Positions 53,650 through 64,000 of a stretch of DNA of 64,000 bases are shown here, piece by piece. The notes beneath the pieces are model-generated. The model was not told the DNA's origin and ran no database searches. It was given only the letters and a program-made list of their open reading frames with translations. Numbering within the stretch: the first letter of the stretch is position 1; each line of letters starts with the position of its first letter. The position numbers were made by a program, and so were the translations under genes. The stretch is from Vitrella brassicaformis CCMP3155 (lineage: Eukaryota > Protista > Chromerida), in the NCBI GenBank assembly GCA_001179505.1, contig CDMY01001040.1:124001-188000 (forward strand). Direction: 5' to 3'.

Positions 53650-54800
53650 GCTCTCAGCCCCCTCCGCGAGGCCATCGCCAAGGAGCTGCTGCCGGCCCTC
53701 CTCGGCGGCTCTGTGACGCCGTCCGAGGTCGACCTGATGCTGCTGCCTGCCCGGCATGGCGGCACCGGCATACGTGACCCTCTCGACCGTGCCGCAGCCG
53801 CCTACCCCGCTTCCCGCGCGAGCACCAAGGTGGTCTCCAAGTCCGTCCAAGGCAAGGCTCCGTTCCACCCTGGCGACCATCGTGCCACCATCCGCCACGC
53901 CCTCACCCGGAGCAAGCAGCAGCAGGACGTCGCCCACAAGACCAAGAGGGAGGCCGCCCTGCCGCACATCGACCGCCGGCGCCATCGCGTCCTCTCCCGC
54001 AGCGCCGAGTACAAGACGTCCGGCTGGCTGACCACCCTCCCGTCGACAGACAACAACACTGGTCTTGATGCTGCGGAGTTTCGAGATGCCCTCAACATGC
54101 GTTACGGCCGTCACCCCCCCGGCCTCGCTGCACGCTGCGACCACTGCAACCAGCCCCTCACCGTCGACCATGCGCTGTGCTGCAAGCGGTACGGCCTGGT
54201 GATTCGTCGCCACGACGAGCTGCGGGACACTTTTGCCGAGCTGATTGGGATGGCGTGGGGGGACGCTGGTGTGCGTCGGGAGGTGGTGTTGAAGGAGGGA
54301 GAGGAGGGGGAGGGTGGGGTCAGGGCGGACATCGTCGCTCGGGGCGTGTGGGAGCGGCAGGCGGCTGCGTCGTTTGACATCTGTATTACGGATCCTGACG
54401 CAACGTCTTACGCTTCCAAGAACCGATCGACCAAGTCCATCCTGAAGCAGCACGAGACCGCCAAGAAGAAGAAATACCGCTCGGCCGTCTGCGACTCCCG
54501 CGTGACCTTCTGCCCTCTGGTGGTGACGTGTGACGGTGTGTGGGGACACGATGCCAACGTGTTCATCGCCCACATGGCTCATGCGCTGTTGGAGAAGGAG
54601 GGGTGGAAGGGTCGGGGGTTCAGTCATGTGTCTGGATGGATTCGCTCTCGCTTGTCTATCGCCCTCGCGCGTGCGACTAGCTTCTGTCTGCGTGGGGGAG
54701 GGAGGGGAGGGTTTGCGGGACTGGGGTGTGCTGATGGGGCGGGGATTGATCCCTCCTCCCCTTGAGCCTGTTTGACTCTGCGTGCTGATGGGACTGTATT
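53650..54800 (+). mobile_element. 5'-truncated CRE-clade-like non-LTR retrotransposon (RT C-terminal region, zinc knuckle, restriction-like endonuclease)
   Basis: LLPARHGGTGIRDP, SGWLTTLP, EFRDALNMRYG, CDHC..HALCC..RRHD, RADIV..FDICITD, KKKKY, FCPLVVTCDG, RLSIALAR; intronless; RT catalytic core absent. Confidence 0.88.
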
Positions 54801-54991
54801 TGTATGAGTATCACGGACACACAGACGAGTGTTACGGTTAATGACAGTTTCTCCCCCTATGGCACACCCCCATACAAATCTCCCCCAAAGTGAAAAAGGT
54901 GGCGGCTCAACCCGGTCGGTCAGTTTGTCGTGGGCCGCGGTCGATCGGATCGCTTCCGTAATACATACTACTACAGAGTCAAAGGCCGCTG

Positions 54992-55697
54992 CACTACAAG
55001 CGGTACATCGCGAGAAAACTGACCCAGGGGGGTGGGAAACTGTGTTTTGTGCGGAAAACCGGGGCCCCATGCGGAAAGCTGAGCCAGGGGCCCGGAAAAC
55101 TGGTGATCTGCAGGGGAAAACTGACGCCCTGAGTGGAAAACTGACCATCCGACGTGGAAAACTGGTGATCTGCAGTGGAAAACTGACCACCTGCGTGGAA
55201 AACCGGTGATCTGACGCGGAAACTGGCTTTCTGGTGCTTGTACCCAGTTTTCCACGGCCTGATGCCGGTTTTCCGCTGAACCTGACTATCGTTTTGCTCT
55301 TGTCGTCAAGGAATAGACAGACAGGAGGGGAGAATTGTGGCGGGGAGACAAAGTGCCGCTTGTATGGCATGATGCATGTGGCATCAGGCAGCGGAAAACT
55401 GGCACATTCAGTGGAAAACTGGCATCAGGCAGTGGAAAACTGGGTACAAGCACCAGAAAGCCAGTTTTCCGCGTCAGATCACCGGTTTTCCACGCAGGTG
55501 GTCAGTTTTCCACTGCAGATCACCAGTTTTCCACGTCGGATGGTCAGTTTTCCACTCAGGGCGTCAGTTTTCCACTGCAGATCACCAGTTTTCCGGGCCC
55601 CTGGCTCAGTTTTCCGCATGGGGCCCCGGTTTTCCGCACAAAACACAGTTTCCCACCCCCCCTGGTTCAGTTTTCTCGCAATGTACCGCTTGTACTG
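54992..55697. mobile_element. Non-autonomous CACTA/CMC-like DNA transposon (706 bp) with ~290-bp inverted arms
   Basis: Left end CACTACAAGCGGTACAT, right end ATGTACCGCTTGTACTG (one terminal mismatch); TG dinucleotide on both flanks; arms built of GGAAAACTG repeats. Confidence 0.75.
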
Positions 55698-55799
55698 TGA
55701 GCTGACACACTCGCTCTCTCTGACAGTCACACGCCAGTCAGTCAGTCAGTCAATCAGTCACATTCACTCGCCCACTCACTCACCGGCCATCCACCCACC

Positions 55800-56556
55800 A
55801 TGTCTCAAGAGCACCACCCTGAGCAGCAGCAGCACAGCCATGACGATGATGACGCCATGGCCTCACACAACAACCACCAGCAGCATGACCATGACGACCA
55901 CAACCACCCCGCCACCAAAACTGACGAGGGAGGAGAGCACACCATGGCATTGACGGATGAGGCCAGCGGCGGGGGCGGTGAGATGGCCGTCACATCTGAC
56001 GTCACATCCGCCATCGAAGCTTGGTACGTACGGACAGACAGACACAAAGGGGGAAGGGGAAGACGAGACACTCGCGTCATCAATATCTGTGTCTCTGTCT
56101 GTCTGTCTGTCTGCGTGTGCTGTGATCAATGTGCCTCTGTGTGTGTGTGTGTGTGTGTGTGTGCAGGCGTGCTGACTTCGATGCGGGCCTCAAGCTGTTC
56201 CAAGAGCGGTATGTAATCGAGGGTCACACTTGACACGCGACACATCACCACCATCACTCACTCGTGTCATCAATGCACATTCTGTGTGATGTGAATCATG
56301 TGGTAGTTTCCAAAGTCTGGTCGAGTCGGTGTCAGTGTCTGTGGAGGCCGTCGACGGCGAGACAGAGCGGGAGACAGACAGAAAGGAGGCCATCGCACAA
56401 CAGTCCAAACAAATGATGCAGCGATTCATGTAAGTGTGCTCGACACACATAGACACACATAGACACACATAGACAATGTCTGTCTGTCTGTCTCTTGTGC
56501 GTCCGGTCAGGTCGATGATTTCCAGCGTGCAGGCGTGTTTGGCGGCACACGAATGA
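55800..56556 (+). CDS. Small 4-exon protein with H/D-rich N-terminus and helical C-terminus, unknown function
   Basis: MSQEHHPEQQ..AIEAW|RADFDAGLKLFQER|LVESV..MQRFM|SMISSVQACLAAHE*; all three junctions phase 2 with canonical sites. Confidence 0.6.
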
Positions 56557-56773
56557 GAGAGACGAATGACAAAACGAGTGACACACCAACATGCAGACAG
56601 ACAGACAGACAAACAGACAATCGAACTAACGCACATGAAAGACAACAGGGTGGACGCTGGCACACATGAGTGAGTGACTGAGTGAGTGAGTGAATGGGAT
56701 GAGCCAACGATTCATCAATTGAAGGACACACGAACAACCAAAGGACACATCATGCATTATTTGCAGAAGACGT

Positions 56774-56864
56774 CTCACTGAGCGCCATCGCCTCCGACCA
56801 CCGAAGAGCGGCCGGCCGGCAGCTCGTCAAGAAGGGGGAGACCCCAGCCAGGACACACAGATAG
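56774..56864 (+). pseudogene. Terminal fragment of EngB CDS (inverted duplicate)
   Basis: Reverse complement of ~10603-10692 (SLSAIASDHRRAAGRQLVKKGETPARTHR*). Confidence 0.85.
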
Positions 56865-57212
56865 AGGTGGTAGCGGGCTGGGTGGACTCGTTAGTGACAC
56901 ATCTGGACTGACGTGTGTGCCTTGTGTGTTGAGACAGACGATGTGATAGTGATGGTGACGGACATAGGTAAGCCTTCATTCATTCAACGACACAAAGACA
57001 CATGGATGAAGTCTGAGACGCTATGTATTTCCACGGCACATATCACATGGACAGTAAGCCGCCCTGTCCCTCCCCCTTCCCTCCCTCCCTTCATCCCTTC
57101 ATCCCTCTCTCCCCTCCCTTCATCCCTCCCCTCCCTCCATCCATCCATCCATCCCATCCCTCCCTCCCCTCCCTCCCATCCCTCCCCCCCTTAATCCCAT
57201 CCCTCCCACCCA

Positions 57213-58382
57213 TCACCAGGGAGTCTTGATGAGGTGGGGGCATCGGTCCGTTGTGCGGACCTGTGGGCCGGGCGGCTTGCCGGTGGGTAGGCGAGGCCGG
57301 GGCGGCTTTCGGGCGCCGCACGATGAACACCCCACTCGCAGCGCCCGCCGGAGCCGCTGCCACCATGACTTCCGCTCCCCCGGGTACTTGTTGTAGGTGA
57401 TGTTGGTGTCGTCCTTGGTGCGGCGGAGGGGGAGGAGCACTTTGGCTGGGGTGGGGGTGCTTCTGGGCAGGGGCTTGGGCGTGGCCTTGGGCGTGGCCTT
57501 GGGCGTGGCCTTGGGCGTGGCCTTGGGCGGCTGCTGTGGGCCCGCTGCATACAGAGCACACAGAGCCAATCAACACATACATACAGCAATGAATAAGCAC
57601 ATGCATCGTCAGTGAGTGTCACTCTCCTTACCTTCCTCCTCGTCGAGCCCCTGGTCGAGCCAGGGCTCGATGCTGCTTATGATGCCTGTAACGAACAGGC
57701 AGAAACAAGGAAGACGGCTTTGTGCGTGCGCCAATCATCCAATTCTGTGTCTCTCTTCGTGTGTACAGATAAGTGTCCGTTTCTCTCACCCCCTTCGGTC
57801 CACTCCTCCGTGCTCTCGGGGCCGTCCTCCATCGACAGGCGGCAGCTGTCCTCGATGCCTGTAGCGACGAAGAAAGATGGAACCATCCATTTAGCAAGTC
57901 TGTCTCTCTCTGCCTCCTTTCCTTTCCCTGACCTCGGTCGCCGAGCTCGGACAGCGGATCGCCCCTGGCATGAGCATCCACCCCCGAGGTCTCCCCCCCT
58001 GAGACCTCGGGGATGCTCTCGAGGCTGCCCGTCTGCTGCAGCAGAAGCAGACTCGATGACCGGCCGTGGGGAGCTGCCGTCGAAGCGACGGACGCGCGCC
58101 GGTCGGTGGCGGCCGTGGCTGGCTCCCCCCCCTCCCCCTTCCCCTTCCCTCCCTCCCACTCCCCAGCAATCGCAGCAGCTGTGGGCAGCAGCGCCCGAGC
58201 TTCCTTGCTCTCGGCCATCATCTGACGAAACACACACATGGAGGAGATGACTGGATGGAGGGAGGGATACACTGTCGTGGCGTCGGAGTGCGGATGAACC
58301 GGTGACTCACCTCTTCGCAGTCTCCTCGCCCCCAGCGCCCCCGTGAGTTCGGGCCCCTTGACCCTGCAAACCCTTGACCCAT
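57213..58382 (-). CDS. Intact 5-exon family-X gene, 271 aa, unknown function
   Basis: Exons 58382-58311, 58221-57933, 57858-57790, 57685-57632, 57544-57213 total 816 nt, open from MGQGFAG to KTPW-stop. Confidence 0.75.
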
Positions 58383-58475
58383 AGAAGAGCGTGCGTAGAT
58401 CTTGTGCTTCTCGCACGTCGATTAAGGCGAATCGAACTGCACGTATGGGTCTGGGTCTGTGAGCGGCGCCTTCGG

Positions 58476-61400
58476 ATGGCAGCGTGTGGGTCGGCGCGTG
58501 GCTCGGCAGACGCGAAGAGCGCCGCCAAAGAGCTTGTGGATGAGGTGTTGCGAGTTGAACCGGAGAGCGGTGATGTGAAATTATTTCATTGGGACCTTCT
58601 GGTGCTGGCGCTGAGTGACGCAACAGATCCGCAGCTGCAGGCTGACGCCGCCCGTGCCATCATCAAGTTCTTCAAGACTCGGTCATCGCAGTTTCGCATC
58701 GATGAGTTCAAGCGGCTGTGTTCTTCCCTGTCGGACATCAAGGCGGCTCGGGGGCTCTCGGATCTGGTGGATGAGGCCATCTTCTCCCTCCTCTCATCGG
58801 CAATGTCAGACCGGGACGACTCCTCATCAATGCGCGATCACCTGCTGACCCACCACGTGGACCTGGTCAGAAGAGCCGAGGCTGCGTTCGCAAAGGATGA
58901 GGCCCTCAGCTTCCTCAGGCTGCTTTACGGTCCCGTGTCACCTTTGGCCACTGTCCCCATTGCCTCGTGGATTAGGGCTTTTGACATGGTCGTGGAGTTG
59001 GGGCTGAGCGACGTGGCGCTGACGGGCCGAGCATCCAAAGGTGACGGACGGCTGCTGCTGTCTGTAGTCAGCAACAGGATGTACGGCAATCTCGGTTCCA
59101 TGACTCTAGCAGGTAGAATGAGTGAACGAGTGAGTTGCTGACTCAGCACTTTCATTGGTACATGTTTCGTTCAGGTGCGCATGAGGAGGCCCTATCGGCT
59201 GTCCATCGGCACATGTGCCCGCACGCCGGACGCCTCGTCGACGTGCTCGTGTCCGACACGGCTTCCGACGCCATCAAGGGCAACGCCTTAGCCGTCCTTG
59301 GCTTCATCTTCTCGACAGCCTACATCTGCACAAGAGGTCCACAGGACGGCAGCCAGCTGAAGAAGGCGCTGAAAGAGCCCATCCGTCTGCTGCTCAAAGA
59401 CGACATGAGGGGGCTCAAAGCTACAGCTAAGGTGCTCAAGAAGTGCTATGAGGTCGACCTGCTCGACGTTGAGGGAAGCAGTTTCGTCACCATCCCTTTC
59501 CATCTCCAGCTCGGTAATCTTCGAAAGAGAAACACACGCCTGTCCCTTTGGATGTTTCTTCGTGTGTAGCGTATGGCTTCTCCCGCCAGGTCGTCGACGC
59601 CGGCTACCTCCCTGCCATGCTGACCGTCTTCGACGATGAGCGGCTCGGCAGTCATTCCTTCCACAGAGGGGCCCTGACGGTTGCGGTGGTGGTCGTCAAG
59701 CTCATCGTCGAGAACGACAGCGAGGTCAGTCGGCCCAGGTGAAAGGCTTGATTTGGTGGGCAGATATGCTGTGTGTGTGTGGGCGTCAGGCCATTGCCAA
59801 CGCGGATGTCGCTGCCATGCTTTGTCGTCTGCTGCACCGCCATGCTGCTGGCGAGTTCCGAGCCAAGGAAGCAGACCATGTGATTGACAACATTGTTGGG
59901 GTACTGGGCAAAATGATTCTGTAAGTACGGGAACGTGAATGTGTGTGTGTGTGAATGTAAAGAACGCACCGTCGCTCGCCTTTGCTTGTGTGATGCAGAG
60001 CTTCTTCGGCGGCGTTGACCGATGAGATCACGAAAGAGCCGCTATTTTGCCCTCTCGAACCAATGGGCAGCAAAAACGTCATCGCGCAGCAAACGATTAG
60101 GGTGCGAAAGAGGTTCTCTATCTCTCTCTATCTTGCCACAGTCATCCCAGCGACATCCACTGTGTGCTATGCGCGAGTGCAGATGCTGTCTGAGTGGGTG
60201 CCGCCGAGCACGGCAGCATACCAGCGGCTAACAGTGCATCCAAAGGTGGGCTGCAGAATATGTATAAGAGGTCTGCGGCGAGTGACTAGTGATCATACTT
60301 TTCAGGTGGCGAGCTTCTTCGAGGAGATCGACGACTTCGCGGGTCTCCGCATGTTCGCCATGGAGCTTACCAACGACGGCGACCGAACAGCTGAAGGGGG
60401 AAACACCGCAGGCACGGCTGACGCCGCTGCTGCTGCTGCTGCTGGTGCTGCGAGTGCGTTTGCATCTTCTGGCCCAAAGGACAGATGGAAAAGTACGAAC
60501 GATGCTGATGAACCAATAAATCAGACACACACCACGACAGACCTTATCTATGCGCCTCTTAACAGGTGTCGGAAACGCACTCTTTGGCAAGTTCAAGTAC
60601 CTCGACGCCTACCGGGCATACATCAAGGTACACACGGGGCAGGAGGGGCGGCAACACAGACGTGCACTTGAGGCCGTGCTGTGTGCCGTAGGGCGTCCGT
60701 TTGGCGAAGCTGGAGTCCATCTCTGAGCTGCTGGTCCGCCGCGCACAGTGCCGCATGGGTGTGGGCGACTGTGTGGGTGCGATGATCGACGTCACGACCG
60801 CCCTCCGCATTCTCCCGCCGCCCCCATCCGTCGAGCCCGGCAGCAAGTCGGCCATCATCCAGCAGACCGCGGTAGAGATTGTATACACACCGCTCGTCAT
60901 GCGGTGGCTCAATGGCCTCGATCCTGCCACCGGCGGTGAAGATGTGATGGTCCTGCCATCGGAGGAGACGACAGCGGCCTTCATGAAGGACGCCATGCAG
61001 CACCTCTGCGCGCGAGTCGAGGCGGCGGGACCGTCTGAGCCACTCGAGGTGGCCGATGCCCTCGCGGCAGGCCAGCAGCTGCAGGAGGAGGACAGATTTG
61101 CGGAGGCTTCCGATATCTTCACGGCTGGTCTTGCTGCTGCTGACGTGTCGACGCTCATTGCGCTGCTGAGCAATGCCTCGGCGTGTCTGCTCAAGCCCGA
61201 GCTCATTAGGGAGGGGGGTCCGGATGCAGTGGGGTGTGCGGCCGCCGCCCTCCATCTGAGCTGCCTGCATCACGATCCCTCCCAGCAGCTGACCACCATC
61301 CAGCAGAAGTGCCTCGTGCGGCTGGGCCAGGGGCTGCTGGCCGAGCGGCTCTTCGACGCTGCTGATGTCATTGCCAGGGCCATCAAGAAACACGTGAGTG

Positions 61401-62879
61401 GGGGAGTGGGGAATGACGGAAAAGGGGGATGATGTGTGTGGTGGTGCGTGTGTGTGTGTGGTTCAGGTTGGCGAGGGCCAGATGAGGACGGAGGCCGACA
61501 CACTGCAGCAACGTATCCGCACCCACCGGGCCAATGCTAAGGGCGACTTTGACTGGGCCGCCATCTACCGTCAGCAGCTCGACAACATCACAGCCATGCA
61601 GCACGGCAGACCCCCCACATCCATCGACGTGGCCGAGTACGTTGGCCCCGTGGTCGTGCGACACGACGAGGCCCAGCAGCCCAGCCTCTATGCGAAGGAG
61701 GACATCCAGGTGGGCCAGCTGCTGCTCGTTCAAAAGCCCGTCGTCATAGCGTCCGGTGATTTCGCATCGCTGACGAGCTCGGACGGCTACAGACAGCTGA
61801 TGGCGGCCTGCAAGGACGGCTGGCATCCCCGGCTGGTGTCGCAGCTGTGCTGTCTGTCAGAGGGCCAGCGGCGGCCCTCGACCCTCGCGGCCCCGCCGTC
61901 CCACGAGACGTGTCTTGGCCTGGTCCCTGGCTTCCCCCTGCTGCCCCGCTTCATGCAGTCCCATGGTGCGGAGGAGTTCGGCTCGCCTGTGGCCCAGGTC
62001 GACGGCGACAGCATTCCCCAACTCGTGACCTTCAACCATCGCATGAGTGTCACCATCCGCGGCTGCCTTCCTGGTGTGCTGCGTACTCCTGATGACGCCA
62101 CGTCCACTCCGGCATCAGGGGTGTGGATACTGCCGTCGCTCATCAGACACGCGAGATACGACAGAAATGCCATATGGTAGGCACCAAGCACCACGGGAGG
62201 GATGGACACGCCCCATTCCGACATATTGGACTTGTGTTCGTCTGCGTGTGCTCTGGTCAGGTATGTGGTAGGCGACCTCTTGGTCGTGAGGGCCTCACGA
62301 GCAATCAGCCGCGGCGGCGGCGTGACAGCTGACTACTTCGACGACGGATATGAGTTCTTTGACGCCAAGGATTATGTGGATGACGGCGACGCCATTTCGA
62401 TGGCCGAGCGGTGGGGAATCCCCTCGCCCTCGCAGCACGACGAGAAGCATATCCAAGAGGCCAGCAGGGCAATCGGCAAGGGGATCCACCGCGTCGGCAC
62501 CCTCCGTCGGGGCGGAGCGTCGCCCACGGCTATTCTGAGAGATAGCGACGCCCTCATGAGGAAGATGGAGACCCTGCAGCAGTCGATGACGTCCAACGTG
62601 CCCACAATGAGGACCAGCGAGCTGCACATCTTCCGGGGCATGCTTCTCTGTGGGCTGGGACGCCATGATGAGGCCAGCGAGGCGACGATCGAGGCCGTCA
62701 AGACCGCCCGGGCGGTGCGGTCGATCGGCGTTGGGGACTGCCGCTGTCTCTCGACGACCATCCGTTCTGCACCACATGATTCGCAGCTGTGTGATGTGAT
62801 GCTAGAAGAGCTTCGGCGCACGTGTGCGCTCGTCTTCGACACACCCGATGCAGCGAATATGATCTTCCTCAATCAATGA
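58476..62879 (+). CDS. ARM-like repeats + TPR + degenerate SET-domain protein
   Basis: Helical ARM-like N-terminal exons; TPR-like LLVRRAQCRMGVGDCVGAMIDVTTAL and LLSNASACLLK; SET-like FDWAAIY..DVAEYVGPVVVR..LYAKEDIQVGQLLLVQKP and GVWILPSLIRH..|VGDLLVVRASRAISRGGGVTADY. Confidence 0.75.
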
Positions 62880-63245
62880 GCAGAGCTGAGAGGGTGTCTG
62901 GCTCGGAGGCCCGCTTGCTGTCTGCCTGCCTGCCCGCTTGCAGCATGGCGGCTTGATCGATTAGACTGGGATTGGGATGGGATGTAGATAACTGACCTTG
63001 GAACCTGACACGGTGGATGCGTGCGTGTGTTCACACATACATGGGGTCAATCATTCATCGCATCACACGCTGCATCAACGAGCCGTCATTGGAAGTCACA
63101 CACACACACGCACACACTCACAAACACATGAACGCAACCCTCGTCTGTACACTCAACCCGACCCCCGTCCTCCCAGTCGTACAAGTCTCTCCTGCCTCAC
63201 CCCTTGTCTGTCTGTCTGTTAGCTGTCGACCAGCCAGCCAATGCA

Positions 63246-63533
63246 CTACTTGAGGTGCGATGCGTCCCCGGGGCACTCCCACATGCCCTGTCCCCCGATG
63301 CCAGGGTGGTGGTGCGGCACGTCGAACCGCTTCTTCAGACGAAAGGCGTCCTTGCCGCTCAGGTAATAACGGTTCAGCCGCTTCTGCTTCACAAACCCCT
63401 GCTTCGCGTACAAGGCTGACACACCACTCAGAGGCAGAGAGTGGCCACAAGGCTGGCAGAGAGAGGGTGCTAAGTACTTACCTAGAGCAGCTTTGTTGGT
63501 GGTCTCTGCTTCTAGCACCACCTGAACAGACAG

Positions 63534-63564
<31 letters not shown>

Positions 63565-64000
63565 CACATATGACGCACAGTGAGTGCATCTCGTCAGTCA
63601 TTGTGTGTGTCAGTCACCTCTTGGATGCCCTCCACCTGCATCTTGTCCACCGCTCCCCTCACAAGCATGGAACCTGAACACCAAAAGAAACACACACATA
63701 CGAGCATCCATCCTTTCGGGTCTGCAGAGATGCATTCACGGGGAGACCGACTAACTAACCGATGCCCTTCTTCCGGTGGTCCTTGTCGACAGCCACCATC
63801 CCTGCAGGTAAGGTAGATGAGATCCACCAACCAATCGATGGACGCTCTGGACGTGCGTAGGCCGACCGACCGATGTATCCCCTCTTGAGGACTTCATTCA
63901 GCCTCTTGCTCTTGTGGTCCTCCACTTTGCACACCACCACACCCACTATCTCATCCTCAATGTGAGCCTGCATTGAGCTCATTCCATCAACACACACACA
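63246..64000 (-). CDS. NAA30: NatC catalytic N-terminal acetyltransferase (GNAT), 5' end outside window
   Basis: IVGVVVCKVEDHK..RGYIG|MVAVDKDHRKKGIG|..|VVLEAETTNKAAL|..LYAKQGFVKQKRLNRYYLSGKDAFRLK. Confidence 0.9.

Noticed and set aside
52700-55000. Spliced-leader RNA gene as CRE target
   Set aside because: No dinoflagellate- or Perkinsus-type SL sequence recognised on either flank.
54992-55697. CRISPR-like periodic repeats
   Set aside because: Eukaryotic context, repeats only ~9 bp, and arms are inverted copies rather than repeat-unique-spacer units; better explained as transposon subterminal repeats.

Overview
Intron-rich, GC-rich eukaryotic genomic DNA with short microsatellite-laden GT-AG introns. 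An AP2-type domain, an apicomplexan-type TrxR C-terminus and bipartite plastid-type leaders suggest a chromerid alveolate such as Vitrella (inference). Recognisable housekeeping genes: EngB GTPase, ABCB transporter, fructosamine kinase, multi-TM RING protein, GGQ release factor, DCC oxidoreductase, thioredoxin reductase, ARM/TPR/degenerate-SET protein and NAA30. The more interesting content is fourfold. (1) A four-gene cluster (17.5-46.2 kb) of large low-complexity proteins carrying 13 copies of an unrecognised ~100-130 aa domain (C..KCD...YDA.F.GLE...HNPSS.HEEAV.V.IGPF...Y.V.G.V.R.P...W...L..KI), combined with AP2-like, WW-like and C-terminal SAM domains. (2) A scrambled array of symmetric phase-1 cassette exons of an unknown gene family ('X') at 1-10.3 kb, with one intact inverted copy at 57.2-58.4 kb. 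(3) Three copies of the X/EngB 3' junction, implying a chimeric gene and a possible ~46-kb inversion. (4) A 5'-truncated CRE-like retroelement next to a 706-bp CACTA-like non-autonomous element. All exon models were read by eye; no database searches were run.
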